From positions 18,562,816 through 18,626,627 of the forward strand of contig CM119263.1 in the NCBI GenBank assembly GCA_051294375.1: a DNA stretch of 63,812 nt, given 5' to 3'. The stretch is from Paraspadella gotoi (taxonomy: Eukaryota > Animalia > Chaetognatha). Made by a program: the position numbers and the translations under genes. Below are positions 1-14,237 of this stretch, piece after piece. The notes under the pieces are model-generated. The model saw only the letters and a list, made by a program, of their open reading frames with translations. It had not been told where the DNA came from and did not search any database. Every line of letters begins with the position of its first letter. The first letter of the stretch is position 1.

Positions 1-2112
1 GAGAGTGAAATGGAGAAAAAGAGAGAGAAAGAGAGAAGATCCGCCTCTTGAGCAGTAAAGAATATAAATTGAAAAAGAGAAAATAAGAAAGGAAAACAAA
101 AAAATGAATAAAGCGAAGAAAAGAGAATTTGGAGCACAAACTCAGGCGCCCTCTCGTGGGGAGCAATAATAGGAGAGGAGGAAGAGAGAAAAGGAGAAAG
201 AGAAGAAAGAAAAAGAAAGAAATAAAAAAGAGAAGAAAAAAAATGGAGGAACCGTGGAACCGTCCTTCCTTTCATATTTTTTTTTAGTTTTGGCAGAAGA
301 GAAAAGTCTCTGTTGATCTTTTGATAGATGAGAGTCAGAAAGACTATTTTATCGAAAAAATATTTTTTCTTTACTTTGACCTTCAATTATGCCACATATN
401 NNNNNNNNNNNNNNNNNNNNNNNNNNNNNNNNNNNNNNNNNNNNNNNNNNNNNNNNNNNNNNNNNNNNNNNNNNNNNNNNNNNNNNNNNNNNNNNNNNNN
501 NNNNNNNNNNNNTTTCCTTCTCTCTCTCTTCTCTCTCTCTCTCTAATCTCTCTCTCTCTCTCTCAATCTTTGACCAAGTTCTCTTCACTAAAAGGCTTCA
601 ACGCTTCGAACCTCTCGACTCTCGAAAACGCTTTCCTTATAAATCCTTTCCTTTCATCCCACGTTTCCTTTTTTTCCTCCCTCCTCTTTCAATCCCCCTT
701 TCTCCCGCCAGAGGGCCTCCGAATCGAGAGGACCTCTTCAAAAAAACAAAAAAACTCAAGTAGAAAAAAAGTCCTCGAAGGGGCTTAGCTTAAGCTGAAG
801 GCAAAGTTGGTTTAAAAGTCCCAACCTACTTCAAGCCAGCCTCCGGAGTGCCTCCCTTTTAAAAGGCGACATCACAAAGCCATCCCTCCGACGACGAATC
901 ACCCCCTGCTACCCACAAAATGTGGATGGCAATGAGCCAACTGTTTCAAAACAAAGGAGCTACAAATAAAAAATCTGCTTCATCGAAACAACTCTTCTTC
1001 TTTGTCGACACTACAGCCAGTGATAAGGGCCGTTTGCTTTTGGGGGCAAGTACATCAACCGATCAAAAGAGAATGGGTAGATGGTGAATAAGTGTCAGAG
1101 ATGTCAGGCCTCACCGATAATTCAATGCATTCTCTTCATATCGTTCGTATTCTCCATGAAGATCTGACATATTTTATATTTAGCCTTAGTAAATCTTGAA
1201 ATGCCCAAACATTAATTATCAACCATCGTGTAGACCGTTTCTCATTCTTCGCCTATCACCCGTTAGACTCTCTTTCCCCCTTTCCCTCCCACCAGAAAAA
1301 AAACAATCCCGTTTTCTTTCCTTCCACCTCTTCACGTCGGTTCTTGTCCGCTTTTCTGCCCGCTTTTCTGCCCGCTTCTTAGTTCCTCTTGTTTTTGTTT
1401 CCAATTATCTCCAAATTGTTGTTGATTTTTTATTCTTCTCTCCTTCCCGCCCTCGGGGGTGGATGAGAAGGGGGGAGAGAAGGAGGGGCGGGGAGAAGCT
1501 GGAGACGGAGAGAATGAAAGTTCGATGGAAGAAACTGGGATGGAAAGAAAAATGGAAAGAATGGGAAACGGTCGGCGCACAAAGCTCCTTCGCGGGCGGA
1601 AATTCGATTGGAATAATAAGAAGGAAAATGATGAATGGTGGGAGAAGGGATTTTTTAAGGGGCGGGATTTCGGGTGAGGTCGAAGTGAGGCTAAAGTTTG
1701 GTTCGTGAGGGGAGAGTTTATAGAGGGAAAGAGTCACTTTGATCATGAAGCGAGTGATTTGAAGGAAATGCTAGTTTAAGAAGAGAATAGAATTAGGGAT
1801 TTTTAAACGACTTATTTCGCACGTAAATGTTAAAGAAAAATGTTAAATGTTAAAGACCAATATTAAAGAAATGATTTCTGTTTTCTTGCTCGAAAATAAT
1901 GTATTATATATTATTTTAATGTTACAAAAAAATTGTCTTAAATCTTAGTATTTTGAATGTTAAATTTAATAATACGTAGCTTTACGGTGACTGAATTCTC
2001 TTGATCGAAAAAGTTAAAGAGTAAAAGAATGAATTCTTTGGTAGAAGCCAACCGTGGGGTCTGAAGATTGATCCTTTCTCTTGGAAGGATTCCTAACTTA
2101 ATTCGAGTATTT

Positions 2113-2146
<34 letters not shown>

Positions 2147-3469
2147 NNNNNNNNNNNNNNNNNNNNNNNNNNNNNNNNNNNNNNNNNNNNNNNNNNNNNN
2201 NNNNNNNNNNNNNNNNNNNNNNNNNNNNNNNNNNNNNNNNNNNNNNNNNNNNNNNNNNNNNNNNNNNNNNNNNNNNNNNNNNNNNNNNNNNNNNNNNNNN
2301 NNNNNNNNNNNNNNNNNNNNNNNNNNNNNNNNNNNNNNNNNNNNNNNNNNNNNNNNNNNNNNNNNNNNNNNNNNNNNNNNNNNNNNNNNNNNNNNNNNNN
2401 NNNNNNNNNNNNNNNNNNNNNNNNNNNNNNNNNNNNNNNNNNNNNNNNNNNGCTTCCGGTCGGCGTCGGTGGCGCGTCCTCGGCCGCGCCTCCGACGCCA
2501 AGGAGACGGGAGAAGAATGAGGAGGAAGAGGAAGAGGNNNNNNNNNNNNNNNNNNNNNNNNNNNNNNNNNNNNNNNNNNNNNNNNNNNNNNNNNNNNNNN
2601 NNNNNNNNNNNNNNNNNNNNNNNNNNNNNNNNNNNNNNNNNNNNNNNNNNNNNNNNNNNNNNNNNNNNNNNNNNNNNNNNNNNNNNNNNNNNNNNNNNNN
2701 NNNNNNNNNNNNNNNNNNNNNNNNNNNNNNNNNNNNNNNNNNNNNNNNNNNNNNNNNNNNNNNNNAAAAAAAAAAAACACTACGTACAGAAAACGTAGAC
2801 GAGTTTCCTAATCAGTAGACAACACTTATCTTACAAGATAAGAAATGTCTGGAAAAAATGGTTTCAAGCTTTGAAAATTTTACCGACTCCCGATGTATTT
2901 TTTTTCATCGTACGAAAAAAAAAAATCAAATCCTGTCCGTCCCAAAACGCGGTTAAAAAATATCAGCAAACTTTTTTTGGTTCCGCAGGTTACCGGGTGG
3001 TCTTGGTTACAACTGGTTTCCTTGGTTTCCGTGGAAGGGCTACTCCGAGTTTCCGCCGGGTTACCAAGGAGTGAGTCGGCGCGCTAAGTTGTTACACAGA
3101 GATCTTGAGGTGAGAGGCAAAGTCCATAAAACGGGAGAACCACGACACGGAAACACAAACATAGAGGGAGAGGAAATAGAAGGGAGAAACATAAAGAAAA
3201 ACGAGAGAGAGGGAGACATGTTCGAAAAGAAACGAAATAAAACCGGAATAAATAATGTTGGGAGCGAGTAATAAAAATTTCAAGCGGTACAGAAGGAAGC
3301 GATAAAGAGAACAGGGGGAANNNNNNNNNNNNNNNNNNNNNNNNNNNNNNNNNNNNNNNNNNNNNNNNNNNNNNNNNNNNNNNNNNNNNNNNNNNNNNNN
3401 NNNNNNNNNNNNNNNNNNNNNNNNNNNNNNNNNNNNNNNNNNNNNNNNNNNNNNNNNNNNNNNNNNNNN

Positions 3470-3504
<35 letters not shown>

Positions 3505-4852
3505 AGAATGTAGGATTAAAACAAGGAGGCGACAAGATAGGAAGAACGTGGGAAGACCTCAATTTCGTCAAGCGACCTCAAGCGGGAACCNNNNNNNNNN
3601 NNNNNNNNNNNNNNNNNNNNNNNNNNNNNNNNNNNNNNNNNNNNNNNNNNNNNNNNNNNNNNNNNNNNNNNNNNNNNNNNNNNNNNNNNNNNNNNNNNNN
3701 NNNNNNNNNNNNNNNNNNNNNNNNNNNNNNNNNNNNNNNNNNNNNNNNNNNNNNNNNNNNNNNNNNNNNNNNNNNNNNNNNNNNNNNNNNNNNNNNNNNN
3801 NNNNNNNNNNNNNNNNNNNNNNNNNNNNNNNNNNNNNNNNNNNNNNNNNNNNNNNNNNNNNNNNNNNNNNNNNNNNNNNNNNNNNNNNNNNNNNNNNNNN
3901 NNNNNNNNNNNNNNNNNNNNNNNNNNNNNNNNNNNNNNNNNNNNNNNNNNNNNNNNNNNNNNNNNNNNNNNNNNNNNNNNNNNNNNNNNNNNNNNNNNNN
4001 NNNNNNNNNNNNNNNNNNNNNNNNNNNNNNNNNNNNNNNNNNNNNNNNNNNNNNNNNNNNNNNNNNNNNNNNNNNNNNNNNNNNNNNNNNNNNNNNNNNN
4101 NNNNNNNNNNNNNNNNNNNNNNNNNNNNNNNNNNNNNNNNNNNNNNNNNNNNNNNNNNNNNNNNNNNNNNNNNNNNNNNNNNNNNNNNNNNNNNNNNNNN
4201 NNNNNNNNNNNNNNNNNNNNNNNNNNNNNNNNNNNNNNNNNNNNNNNNNNNNNNNNNNNNNNNNNNNNNNNNNNNNNNNNNNNNNNNNNNNNNNNNNNNN
4301 NNNNNNNNNNNNNNNNNNNNNNNNNNNNNNNNNNNNNNNNNNNNNNNNNNNNNNNNNNNNNNNNNNNNNNNNNNNNNNNNNNNNNNNNNNNNNNNNNNNN
4401 NNNNNNNNNNNNNNNNNNNNNNNNNNNNNNNNNNNNNNNNNNNNNNNNNNNNNNNNNNNNNNNNNNNNNNNNNNNNNNNNNNNNNNNNNNNNNNNNNNNN
4501 NNNNNNNNNNNNNNNNNNNNNNNNNNNNNNNNNNNNNNNNNNNNNNNNNNNNNNNNNNNNNNNNCAATTTAGATCGAAGCTCCTTTTAAATTAATTTCCC
4601 TTTTTAAATTTCCTAAGGTTTTTAATGAAATTTCCTTGAAATCTTTATCCCTATTCTTCATCTATTTAACTCTTCGCACCTCCCTTCATTTTTCTTTCCT
4701 TCAACTCCTCTTTCCTCTTTCCTTTTCTCATCTCAAATTGGGTCACCCCTCTTCGTCGCCTTCTCCGCCCACGTCGTCCCCAGAGCGGAACTCCCCCCTC
4801 TCTTCCTCATCCTTCTCTCCCTATCATCCTCGACGAAAGTGGGTCATCTGTT

Positions 4853-4855
<3 letters not shown>

Positions 4856-4928
<73 letters not shown>
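4856..4928. repeat. (CT)n microsatellite
   Basis: Perfect dinucleotide tract, one of many in the window. Confidence 0.97.
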
Positions 4929-4930
<2 letters not shown>

Positions 4931-7168
4931 CTCCAAACCGCATTTCCTTATTCCTTCTCACGCGCGTGAAAATTGTCTCGAATCTGAATCTAGTTTTCAC
5001 CGACGAGTTTTTAATATCGAGGCTCACGTGATGTTTCGTCCAAAGTCACGTGATAATCTTTTCGCGTTTCTGTGATGTTTCGTCGATCTACTTTTACCCC
5101 GAACGTCAAATGTCGACGATCGAGAGACTTGAGATCTTACGAGAAAATTCACGAGGATAAATTTATATAAGACGACATTATTTGAAAATTTTAACTAAAT
5201 TTTGCTCGTTACATATATGAAATTGGTACAATTGTACTGAATCAACCTTGTTGCGTTCGAATAATTACATATTGGATATAATTGTATCTAATTGCATGGC
5301 CTTACTTTCAATCATCGCAACTATAACTGAAGACGAAAACATAAAAAAAGGTTCACAATTCACCGAAATTTCTTTCTCGAATTTTGTCCTCACAATTCCT
5401 CAAATCTTCCTCAATCTTTCCCCATGAAATTTTCTGCCAGATTCTCGATTCTTTCGTCCTTCGGCGAAATTCCCGGCGAAATACGACATTTTTTTTTCTC
5501 ATCGGATGTCGATTTGTCATCGTCGTNNNNNNNNNNGTCGTCGTCGCTGTCTTCGTCGTCAGCACCGACGCCGTCGCAGTCGTCGTTACCGTGAAGAGTA
5601 AAACCCTGTCGTTTGTGATGATGTGATGTCGCTAAAGAGGAAAGAATCACGAAGCTTCAAGNNNNNNNNNNNNNNNNNNNNNNNNNNNNNNNNNNNNNNN
5701 NNNNNNNNNNNNNNNNNNNNNNNNNNNNNNNNNNNNNNNNNNNNNNNNNNNNNNNNNNNNNNNNNNNNNNNNNNNNNNNNNNNNNNNNNNNNNNNNNNNN
5801 NNNNNNNNNNNNNNNNNNNNNNNNNNNNNNNNNNNNNNNNNNNNNNNNNNNNNNNNNNNNNNNNNNNNNNNNNNNNNNNNNNNNNNNNNNNNNNNNNNNN
5901 NNNNNNNNNNNNNNNNNNNNNNNNNNNNNNNNNNNNNNNNNNNNNNNNNNNNNNNNNNNNNNNNNNNNNNNNNNNNNNNNNNNNNNNNNNNNNNNNNNNN
6001 NNNNNNNNNNNNNNNNNNNNNNNNNNNNNNNNNNNNNNNNNNNNNNNNNNNNNNNNNNNNNNNNNNNNNNNNNNNNNNNNNNNNNNNNNNNNNNNNNNNN
6101 NNNNNNNNNNNNNNNNNNNNNNNNNNNNNNNNNNNNNNNNNNNNNNNNNNNNNNNNNNNNNNNNNNNNNNNNNNNNNNNNNNNNNNNNNNNNNNNNNNNN
6201 NNNNNNNNNNNNNNNAGACACGAGTGAAGACAAATGAGTGGCTCCGAGCTTCGACGCGAGACGAGTCCTGTTTTCTTGTTTTCTTGTTTTCTTGTTTTGG
6301 TTTTTNNNNNNNNNNNNNNNNNNNNNNNNNNNNNNNNNNNNNNNNNNNNNNNNNNNNNNNNNNNNNNNNNNNNNNNNNNNNNNNNNNNNNNNNNNNNNNN
6401 NNNNNNNNNNNNNNNNNNNNNNNNNNNNNNNNNNNNNNNNNNNNNNNNNNNNNNNNNNNNNNNNNNNNNNNNNNNNNNNNNNNNNNNNNNNNNNNNNNNN
6501 TCTCTGCCAATCTGCAGTACCCTACTTCACTTACAACAGTCACCCTAGACCAGCTATCTCTTATAAAATCTTCTATCTCTTAAACCTTCTTGAACCTCTC
6601 GCTCTCGCTCTCTCTCTCGCTCTCTCTCCCACTTTCACTTTTCCCGCGTATCTCCCTCTCTCAGGAGAACACCTGGATATAAATCACGATTTCTCTTCCC
6701 CTCTTCAAAATTTNNNNNNNNNNNNNNNNNNNNNNNNNNNNNNNNNNNNNNNNNNNNNNNNNNNNNNNNNNNNNNNNNNNNNNNNNNNNNNNNNNNNNNN
6801 NNNNNNNNNNNNNNNNNNNNNNNNNNNNNNNNNNNNNNNNNNNNNNNNNNNNNNNNNNNNNNNNNNNNNNNNNNNNNNNNNNNNNNNNNNNNNNNNNNNN
6901 NNNNNNNNNNNNNNNNNNNNNNNNNNNNNNNNNNNNNNNNNNNNNNNNNNNNNNNNNNNNNNNNNNNNNNGCCGCTCGAGACGGTACTTCCGGCGACGCA
7001 TACAGAACAACGCGTCAGTCGCCGGGAATGTTTACGTCTCTTTTTCGCTTCTATTTTCTCTCTCTCNNNNNNNNNNNNNNNNNNNNNNNNNNNNNNNNNN
7101 NNNNNNNNNNNNNNNNNNNNNNNNNNNNNNNNNNNNNNNNNNNNNNNNNNNNNNNNNNNNNNNNNNNN

Positions 7169-7204
<36 letters not shown>

Positions 7205-9332
7205 GGTCCCAGATGATGGGCGGGACCATCAGGGAGGCTGAGAAGGTGAGGTAAGTCAACGGCGGGAAGATGGGGATGGGTGACGACGAAAAGATATAAT
7301 AATGGGGAAAGTAAAGTAAAGTAAAGTAAAATAAAACAAAATACAAAAATATCTATGCATAAAATTAATAAATAAAAAAAGTAGACTTGTAACATTCACA
7401 AGATAAAGGAAATAAAATAAAATAATGCCGAGAACACAGGATTAAAATTCGAAGGTGAAAACATTTAGCGTCGTTCGTGGGGAGACCGCGCGAGAAGGAA
7501 AAGCGCAACACGCTGGGGTAACCTGAGGAAAAAAAGGAAATATGTGCGTGAGATATGGGGTGGAAATATGTGCGGGAGAAATGTGGTCTGGAGGTAGATG
7601 TGCGTTAGTGGATGTGGAGTAAAAGAATAAAGAAAGAAGGCGAATCTTTAAGGAAGGAAGGAAAAATAGATAAAAAATATGAGGAGAGAGGAAAGTAGAA
7701 TTGGAGGGCCGCCTCATTCAGAGGAGGCCCCATTTTTATTCTGTTCCAAAGGGAGAATTTTTTTTTGGTAAAAAGGAAGAGAGGGGGAGTGGACGGATTG
7801 AAACGTTTTGTTATCTGATGTTGGCTTTCGTTTTTTTTTTCCTCATTTTTTAAAATTTTCTTTTTTTCGTCCAATAGAGATAAGGAGCGAAATAAAAACG
7901 TTTGTTTACGGCAGAAACGCTGACACGCCCATTGTTGACTCCCGGCGTTCGGACGAAGGCGGTTTATTGGCCAATTCAAAATTATTCATGGGTGAACATC
8001 GAAATAAACCGTACATCTTAATCAAGCAATGATGAGTATGTTGATTTTTTTATATGACTTATATGTCGACAACTTTTTCAGACTCTTTTGTCTCAATCCA
8101 ACACTCGTCCCATTCTCTAAAGTATGAACAAGACGCGCTTCTCCTATCGATGACGCTTACTCCCCTCACTACACCCCCCCATAATAATTTCATGGTGCCT
8201 CTCGCACGGCTTCCACGCTTCTATGGTGTCGTCGTCTGGCCGTCGAGACCCCGCGCGCGTCCTTTCCATCTATGGTGCCGTCCGCGCGGTCATGGTGCCA
8301 AATTCCGCGTGGAATCGAATCGCCTTTTGTCGCCGGATCACGTTTGATATATGATGGGAGTGAAATGGGCCTTGAAATGAAGCGGAGGGAGAGATGGGAG
8401 GGAGGGAGGAAAAAGAGAGGGAGGGAGGGAGAAAGAGGGGAAGGAGAGGAATAAAAAAGAGGCGGAGTATTAGAGGCGAGGAGGAAGATTAGGAAGTAGG
8501 GACTAAGAGAGGAAGGGAGGGGAAGGGAAATAAGGTACGAGAAGAAAACAGTAACGATAAAATTAATACGAAAAGTAGGCGGGTTTTATAAAAGGTTAAC
8601 AACAATAAAGGGGGAAGCAGGCCTGTGGCGCGGGGGGAACAAAGGGCTGGTTGGAGATAGAAAATAAAACATGAAAAGAAAAAAAGAAATGGTATAAAAA
8701 CCAAGTGGAAGAATGTGAGAGGAAAGGGAGGAAAAAAACAAGAAAGGAGTGTTAAGGTGGGAAGGAAGCAGCTGAATGTTGCCCGACGAGAGATGGCTGA
8801 GGTGAGGAGGAAGCTTTTGGTGAGGGAAGGTAAGGCGCTGAGGAGTGACTCAAGTGAAAGAAGGAAAGAAGAATAGAACAAAGACAGAAACGAGAACCGT
8901 TACAGCGTTGTATGTTTGCAGCTGCTCGTTTTATGGATTCTCGCTCACCTCGCGTGTGTTTCGCTACTAAGTGGAGGACTATGGCTGTTGGGAAAGAGAA
9001 TCGCGGTGAGAATATTTTAGAAGGAAGAACAGTTGGTTAAACGAATTAAATAATTACTTATCTATGCCTCGTAACAAAAAGAATAAATGTTATTTCTATA
9101 AGTTGCGACAGACGATTATGCTCATGTATCGCAAACTCGGATTAGCAATTTGAAGCAGAATACGTGCAAAGTCGTTAAAGGCGGACTCTAATGCGTTGGA
9201 TGCGGAGGCGGCAGCGGAGGCGACGGCAGAAACGAATGCGGGGGCGTTGAAAAAAAGTCACGACTTAGAGAAGATGATAAAAAAATGCAAACTCGAATTT
9301 GGCGAATACGTGACCCACTTTTTTTGTCTTCT

Positions 9333-9402
<70 letters not shown>

Positions 9403-12400
9403 CTCTGGCTGTCAGTATAGCGATCTTTGTTTCATTCTTATCTCTTCTACAATCCCTGGTTTTCCGGCCATTTTTTTACAACGTCTTAAAACATCGGAGA
9501 AGTCGAGCTGCCATAGAATGGCCCACATTGCTTGGGGAATTGGTGAGAGGACGGGGCACAAAAAAAAAAGCGGGGAAACGAAGTGGAATTTGAAAATTGT
9601 TGATTTTAAGAAATAAACTCGTACATATATATACTATATATATATTATATATATATACTTTATTTAAAAAAATGATATTATCTTTGTTTAAAAAATGAAT
9701 GTGTAAAAACGAAAACCAGTCTGAGACAAACGAGGGACGAGGGGAAAATGGGATGACCGAAAGAAGGGTTGAGAGGAGGAATGAATGAAGGATGAAAAAG
9801 TGAATAGAGGGTTGAAAGAATGTAGGATTCAAGGAAGATGAAGGGATGAAGGGATGAATGGACTAAGTTAAGAATGAGAATCTGAAAGTTTGATGTGACG
9901 AAGGGAAAGAAAGGTCGATAAGATGAAGGGACGAAAGGAAGAAGCGAAGAAGTGAGAATATATGAGAATATGATAATATGAAGGGTTGAAGAGATGAAGG
10001 GATGAAAGGACAGAACAAAGAAGGGGAAAGAAATGAAAAGAGGAAGGGTTGAAGGTATAAAAGGAAAAAAAAGGGTTGAATGGATGAAGAGTTGAATAAG
10101 GAAAAAAAAGGGGGAGAAATAGGAGAAGGAGATTTTTGGCTGACGCGACTTCGACGTCGTGGAGAAATAACAAAAGGACCCGAGTGAACAATGAACGGAA
10201 CGACATAACGACGAACGTTTGACCTCAGAGTTCATTTGCCAAAAAAGAAAAAGAAAGAAAAGAAAAAAGAGGATTTTTTTTCGGCCCTGTTGTAGTTTTT
10301 TTAACTTTATCCGTCTTTTTGGTCGTTTTGAGTTAAGTTGCGACGGAGAAACAAGTTCTGTTGCGATTTAAGGATTTATTTTGCGTTTGATTTTGGCAAT
10401 AATGTAAGAGCGATTCTCGTTTTAGGTCAAAAATCGAGCGTGCGAATAGAAAGATCTCCAAAGCAGAACGACTTTGATAAGCGAACTTCAGGGATACTAT
10501 ATGAACAAAATAGTGTTAAACGTTAAGTTAAATTAAATTGATTGTTTTGATTTGTTTTTATAAACGTATTCATTTTAAATGACTCAATAAGTTATATTTT
10601 AAACTCTTTTTCTTTCATATACATAGCACATTATTCAACTGCGACCTATTTAAGGCTTTAATGCAACAGTTCGAAGGCTATTTCTCGACGATTCGATATC
10701 GATTTTGCAAATGAAGCAGAGATTATGGAAACCTTCGCCGCCCATATCAGGGCGAAGAAAAAAATCCGCATCATTTATAAACGTGTTTGACATCGAAATG
10801 ATCCCTCGTCAAAGATATAAAGACGGATAAAAAAAAGGATAACGGAACGGGCGATATTTTTATGACGTAGTCATAAACGGAGTCTTGCCGGCCCCGATCG
10901 AGCGCGATACTCACGTCGGCCGGGGCCTCGAAGAACATTCGCGTCGTCGAAACATATCGTTGGGTGAAGGGAGAAAAAGTAGTTAAGGCTGGGTGAGGGG
11001 GGGATAGCTATCAGGGGGAGGGGGATTCGTAAATTGTAGGCTTGGGGGTTGAGCCTCGTCGAGGGAAAGAGGGAAGCGCGCGATGAGAGCTCGTTGCGGG
11101 GGTCCCGTAGAGAACCCCATATGTCACCACTTCAACTCAGTCATTAACTACGCGACAAGGGGACGATGGGGAAAACGACGACGACAACGACGACAACAAT
11201 GAGATCGACGACGACTACAACGACGCAGACGACGACAATGAAGGCGACGACGACGGTGACTACGGCAACGTAACGACGTCGCTTAATGATGTTCCGAGGT
11301 ATTCGTGCAAAGGCAAAACAAACATTTGTCATTTATCCCGTCTGCTTAGCGGAAATATGGTGTAAGGAAAGAAGGAGGTGGGGAAAAAGGAAAATGGGGT
11401 TGGGGGGAAAGGGAGGGGAAGAGTGGGAAGAAGACGAGTGGGTCAGGGTTGCGGGCGGGGTTTACAAAAGGCGGAAGATTAAGGAGCGATTATGACCAAG
11501 AAAATGGGAAGATAAAAATTCGCGGGAAAATGAGGTGGAGAAATGGAAAGGGTGATGGAAAAATGAAAGAGAAGGGGAAACCGAAATGAGAAGAAGAGGA
11601 ATAAGGAAAAGGGAAAAAACACCAGCGACGGGGAGAGGAAGAAAAAATTGGGAGGACATTAAAGAAAACGAGAGGAAAGAAAGAAAGAAAAGAAAAGAAA
11701 AAGGGTATTTGGAGGAGAAAAAAAAAGTTAATGGGTAATTTAGGAAAAGCGAACAAAAACAAGGACTCGATGTAATTGGAAACGGAGAAAAACAAAATAT
11801 AAAAGAAAAAAAAAAGAATCGATCAAAGCTCGACTCAAAACAAAATTAAGTTTCAAAACTTTGAAAAACTCATAAAAATTAGGACGATTCGCAAAAAAAA
11901 ACCTGTTCGGGTATTCTTCTGAGGGTAAAACGATTTTAATTTTAGTTTTAAAAAAAAATTTCAAGAGGTGAACAACTTTTCTGGTCTAAAAATTTCTCCC
12001 AATGTCACGACCAAATTTAATCATTAAAAAATTTCAAGATTGAGTCAAGGCCTTTTTTAATCTTTTTCGTTTGTACTTCTCACGTACTTGTTTAATTTTT
12101 TAAATTGTTTTCTTTTGCAAAACTTAAACAACAATAATAACAGTTATAGTTAAAATTGAATATATTTTTTATATGAAATTGGTTCAACCAACATATATTA
12201 AATATATATATATATATATTATTTTGTAACGTATTGACGGAATAAATCACATCAGCTGAGAACTTGCTCACTGCTCAGATAGAAGCTGAGTAAAATGACC
12301 AAACTAGAAACGAGAATTCTCCGAGACTCACGAATCGAGCTCAATGAGAGCGAGACAGAGGGAAACTCGGAGCGAGCCGGAGTGAGAGTGAGTCACGCTA

Positions 12401-12470
12401 ATCTTTCTTCTGAAGCTGAAAGATGATGGAATCGCTGAAAAAAACTAAATGGCTGTCGTTTAGAAGCGCT

Positions 12471-12526
<56 letters not shown>

Positions 12527-12919
12527 TTCAATTTTGATTTGTCCTTCACCTTGAATCTTGAAGATTTAAACGTTCTATTTGCTGTGGTATCATCTCCGCA
12601 CATATATTCGCTTTTTGAATCTTTTCGTTTTTTCAACTTCACCAAATCCGTTAACGTGACGAATGAACAAAAGGGAAACGTTTCGATGCCAAAATCTCTA
12701 ATTGAAAAAAATTATCCAACATAAAAATTAGGAGATCCGAGATAGATGGATCAGATGCAGCCCTTAACTTTACCAAATCGCATTAAATCATTCAGAGTCA
12801 CAAATAAGAAATGCAATTAAATCCAATTTATTTTTTTGCTTTAGAGTCGTCGTATATGTGATGTGAGTACATGTTGAAGTATAGCATCGTTTCATGAGGT
12901 TAACACATACAGAAGACTG

Positions 12920-13390
12920 GACCAAATTTATTGAAATTTGGTATGAACGATCCCTATGTAAATACAAATAGAAATATCGAGGCGAATTTCAATATTTGAC
13001 CCCTGAGCCGAGATATTTTTGTTTTGAACAGTTGCATAGACGTTTACACTTCCACAAAAACGTATTTATTACCACAAAAATATTAATTTAACATAATTTT
13101 CAGCTTCATGAACATCAGCAGTTCAAGTCAGATTTAGAATAATTTTTGAAAATTGGAAGTCAAACGATGAGCCATGCATCTTCTAACTATGCTTAATTAT
13201 TGAAAACTTATCAATTTTAGTTCAAAAAAGTTTTTTTATATGTTTAAAACGTCAATGCATCTGATACTACTAAAATTTTTTTTTAAATTTAAAAAAAATT
13301 GTCAGGGGTCGAATATCAAAATTCGCCTCAATAGTTCCATTTAAATTGTCATTAGGACTCTATATGTAAATTTTCATGAAATTCGATCGG
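12920..13390. mobile_element. Non-autonomous foldback element (MITE- or Helentron-like) with long imperfect inverted arms; boundaries approximate
   Basis: GAGGCGAATTTCAATATTTGACCCCTGA (12979-13006) and TCAGGGGTCGAATATCAAAATTCGCCTC (13302-13329) match at 25/28 as inverted repeats. Inner pair TGCATAGACGTTT / AAACGTCAATGCA; outer pair TTGAAATTTGGTATG / ATATGTAAATTTTCATGAAATT. No TSD identified. Confidence 0.6.
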
Positions 13391-14144
13391 GGAGTTTGGT
13401 GACAACCTATTCTGGTCACAAAAAAGGGGTACCTCATTTTATAATATGAAGCCTTCCGTATATATTTTAGAAAGAAGCAAAAATATTGCTTAACCATAAT
13501 TCATTTGCTTAAAGTAAGAGAGCAAAATGAGAAAACAAACTAACTAAATGTTTAAAGTGAATACATTTTCGGAATCGCCAGGAGCTTAGTTTTCTGAATT
13601 TGTACTCCATTTTGGCCTATTTTGAAGTTGATTTGAATGATCCTTTTTCTTAAGCAATGTTAACCGAAATATTTTTCTCCTTTCTGCAAAATTTTTTTTC
13701 TTTTTTGATCAGTAAAACTTACTTTATTCGTCCATATACTATAGACTACTCACTTAGTTATTTATTTTTTTTATGTATCATGTATCATGAGAAAAATAAA
13801 TTAAATAAGTTTTTGTTTTTTTGAATTTCAATTTGGGAACTTTGGTGATTTTTTTGTGATAGATACTTTTGAACCGGTTTGATAATTTATAACCTATCAA
13901 AGGGGTTAACATTTTAGATTTAAATTCAATTCAATTAAGAAAAAAATCAAAGCAAAATTTTTCATTGTTACTTTCTTTTTTCTCATGTTTCCATCTTCCT
14001 TCGACTTTCTCAAAACTTTCACAATATGTCGTTCCCTGTAGTGAGTGAAAAGTGGAAAGGTGAAAAAATTTTAAAAAATAGAAACTTAGAGATGAAACGG
14101 AAAAAATTCCGTTGTAATAGCAAGTTTTTTTATTTTTATTAATG

Positions 14145-14183
14145 TACATGTTTCGACTCTTAGTATTAGCGAGTCTTCATCAG
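14145..14183 (-). ncRNA. Second minimal hammerhead ribozyme motif, opposite strand
   Basis: The minus strand reads CTGATGA-A-GACTC-GCTAATACTAA-GAGTC-GAAA-CATGT-A. Stem II is a perfect 5 bp, the stem III region ACATGT is self-complementary, the triplet is GUA, and ATTAATAAAAATAAA follows. Confidence 0.68.
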
Positions 14184-14197
14184 CTGATGCTGATCAG

Positions 14198-14237
14198 CTG
14201 ATGAAGACATCGTAATACTAAGAGTCGAAACACTGTA
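14198..14237 (+). ncRNA. Minimal type I hammerhead ribozyme motif (Penelope-like element/retrozyme type)
   Basis: CTGATGA (14198-14204), an extra A, stem II GAC(A)TC / loop GTAATACTAA / GAGTC, GAAA (14227-14230), then C-ACT-GT-A giving a short stem III and a GUA cleavage triplet. AATAAA follows shortly after. The stem I 5' strand is not evident. Confidence 0.62.

Noticed and set aside
3548-4594. Long ORFs spanning N runs (also near 5600-6500, 17800-18400, 59300-59850 and 62200-63300)
   Set aside because: They are open only because N codons contain no stops.
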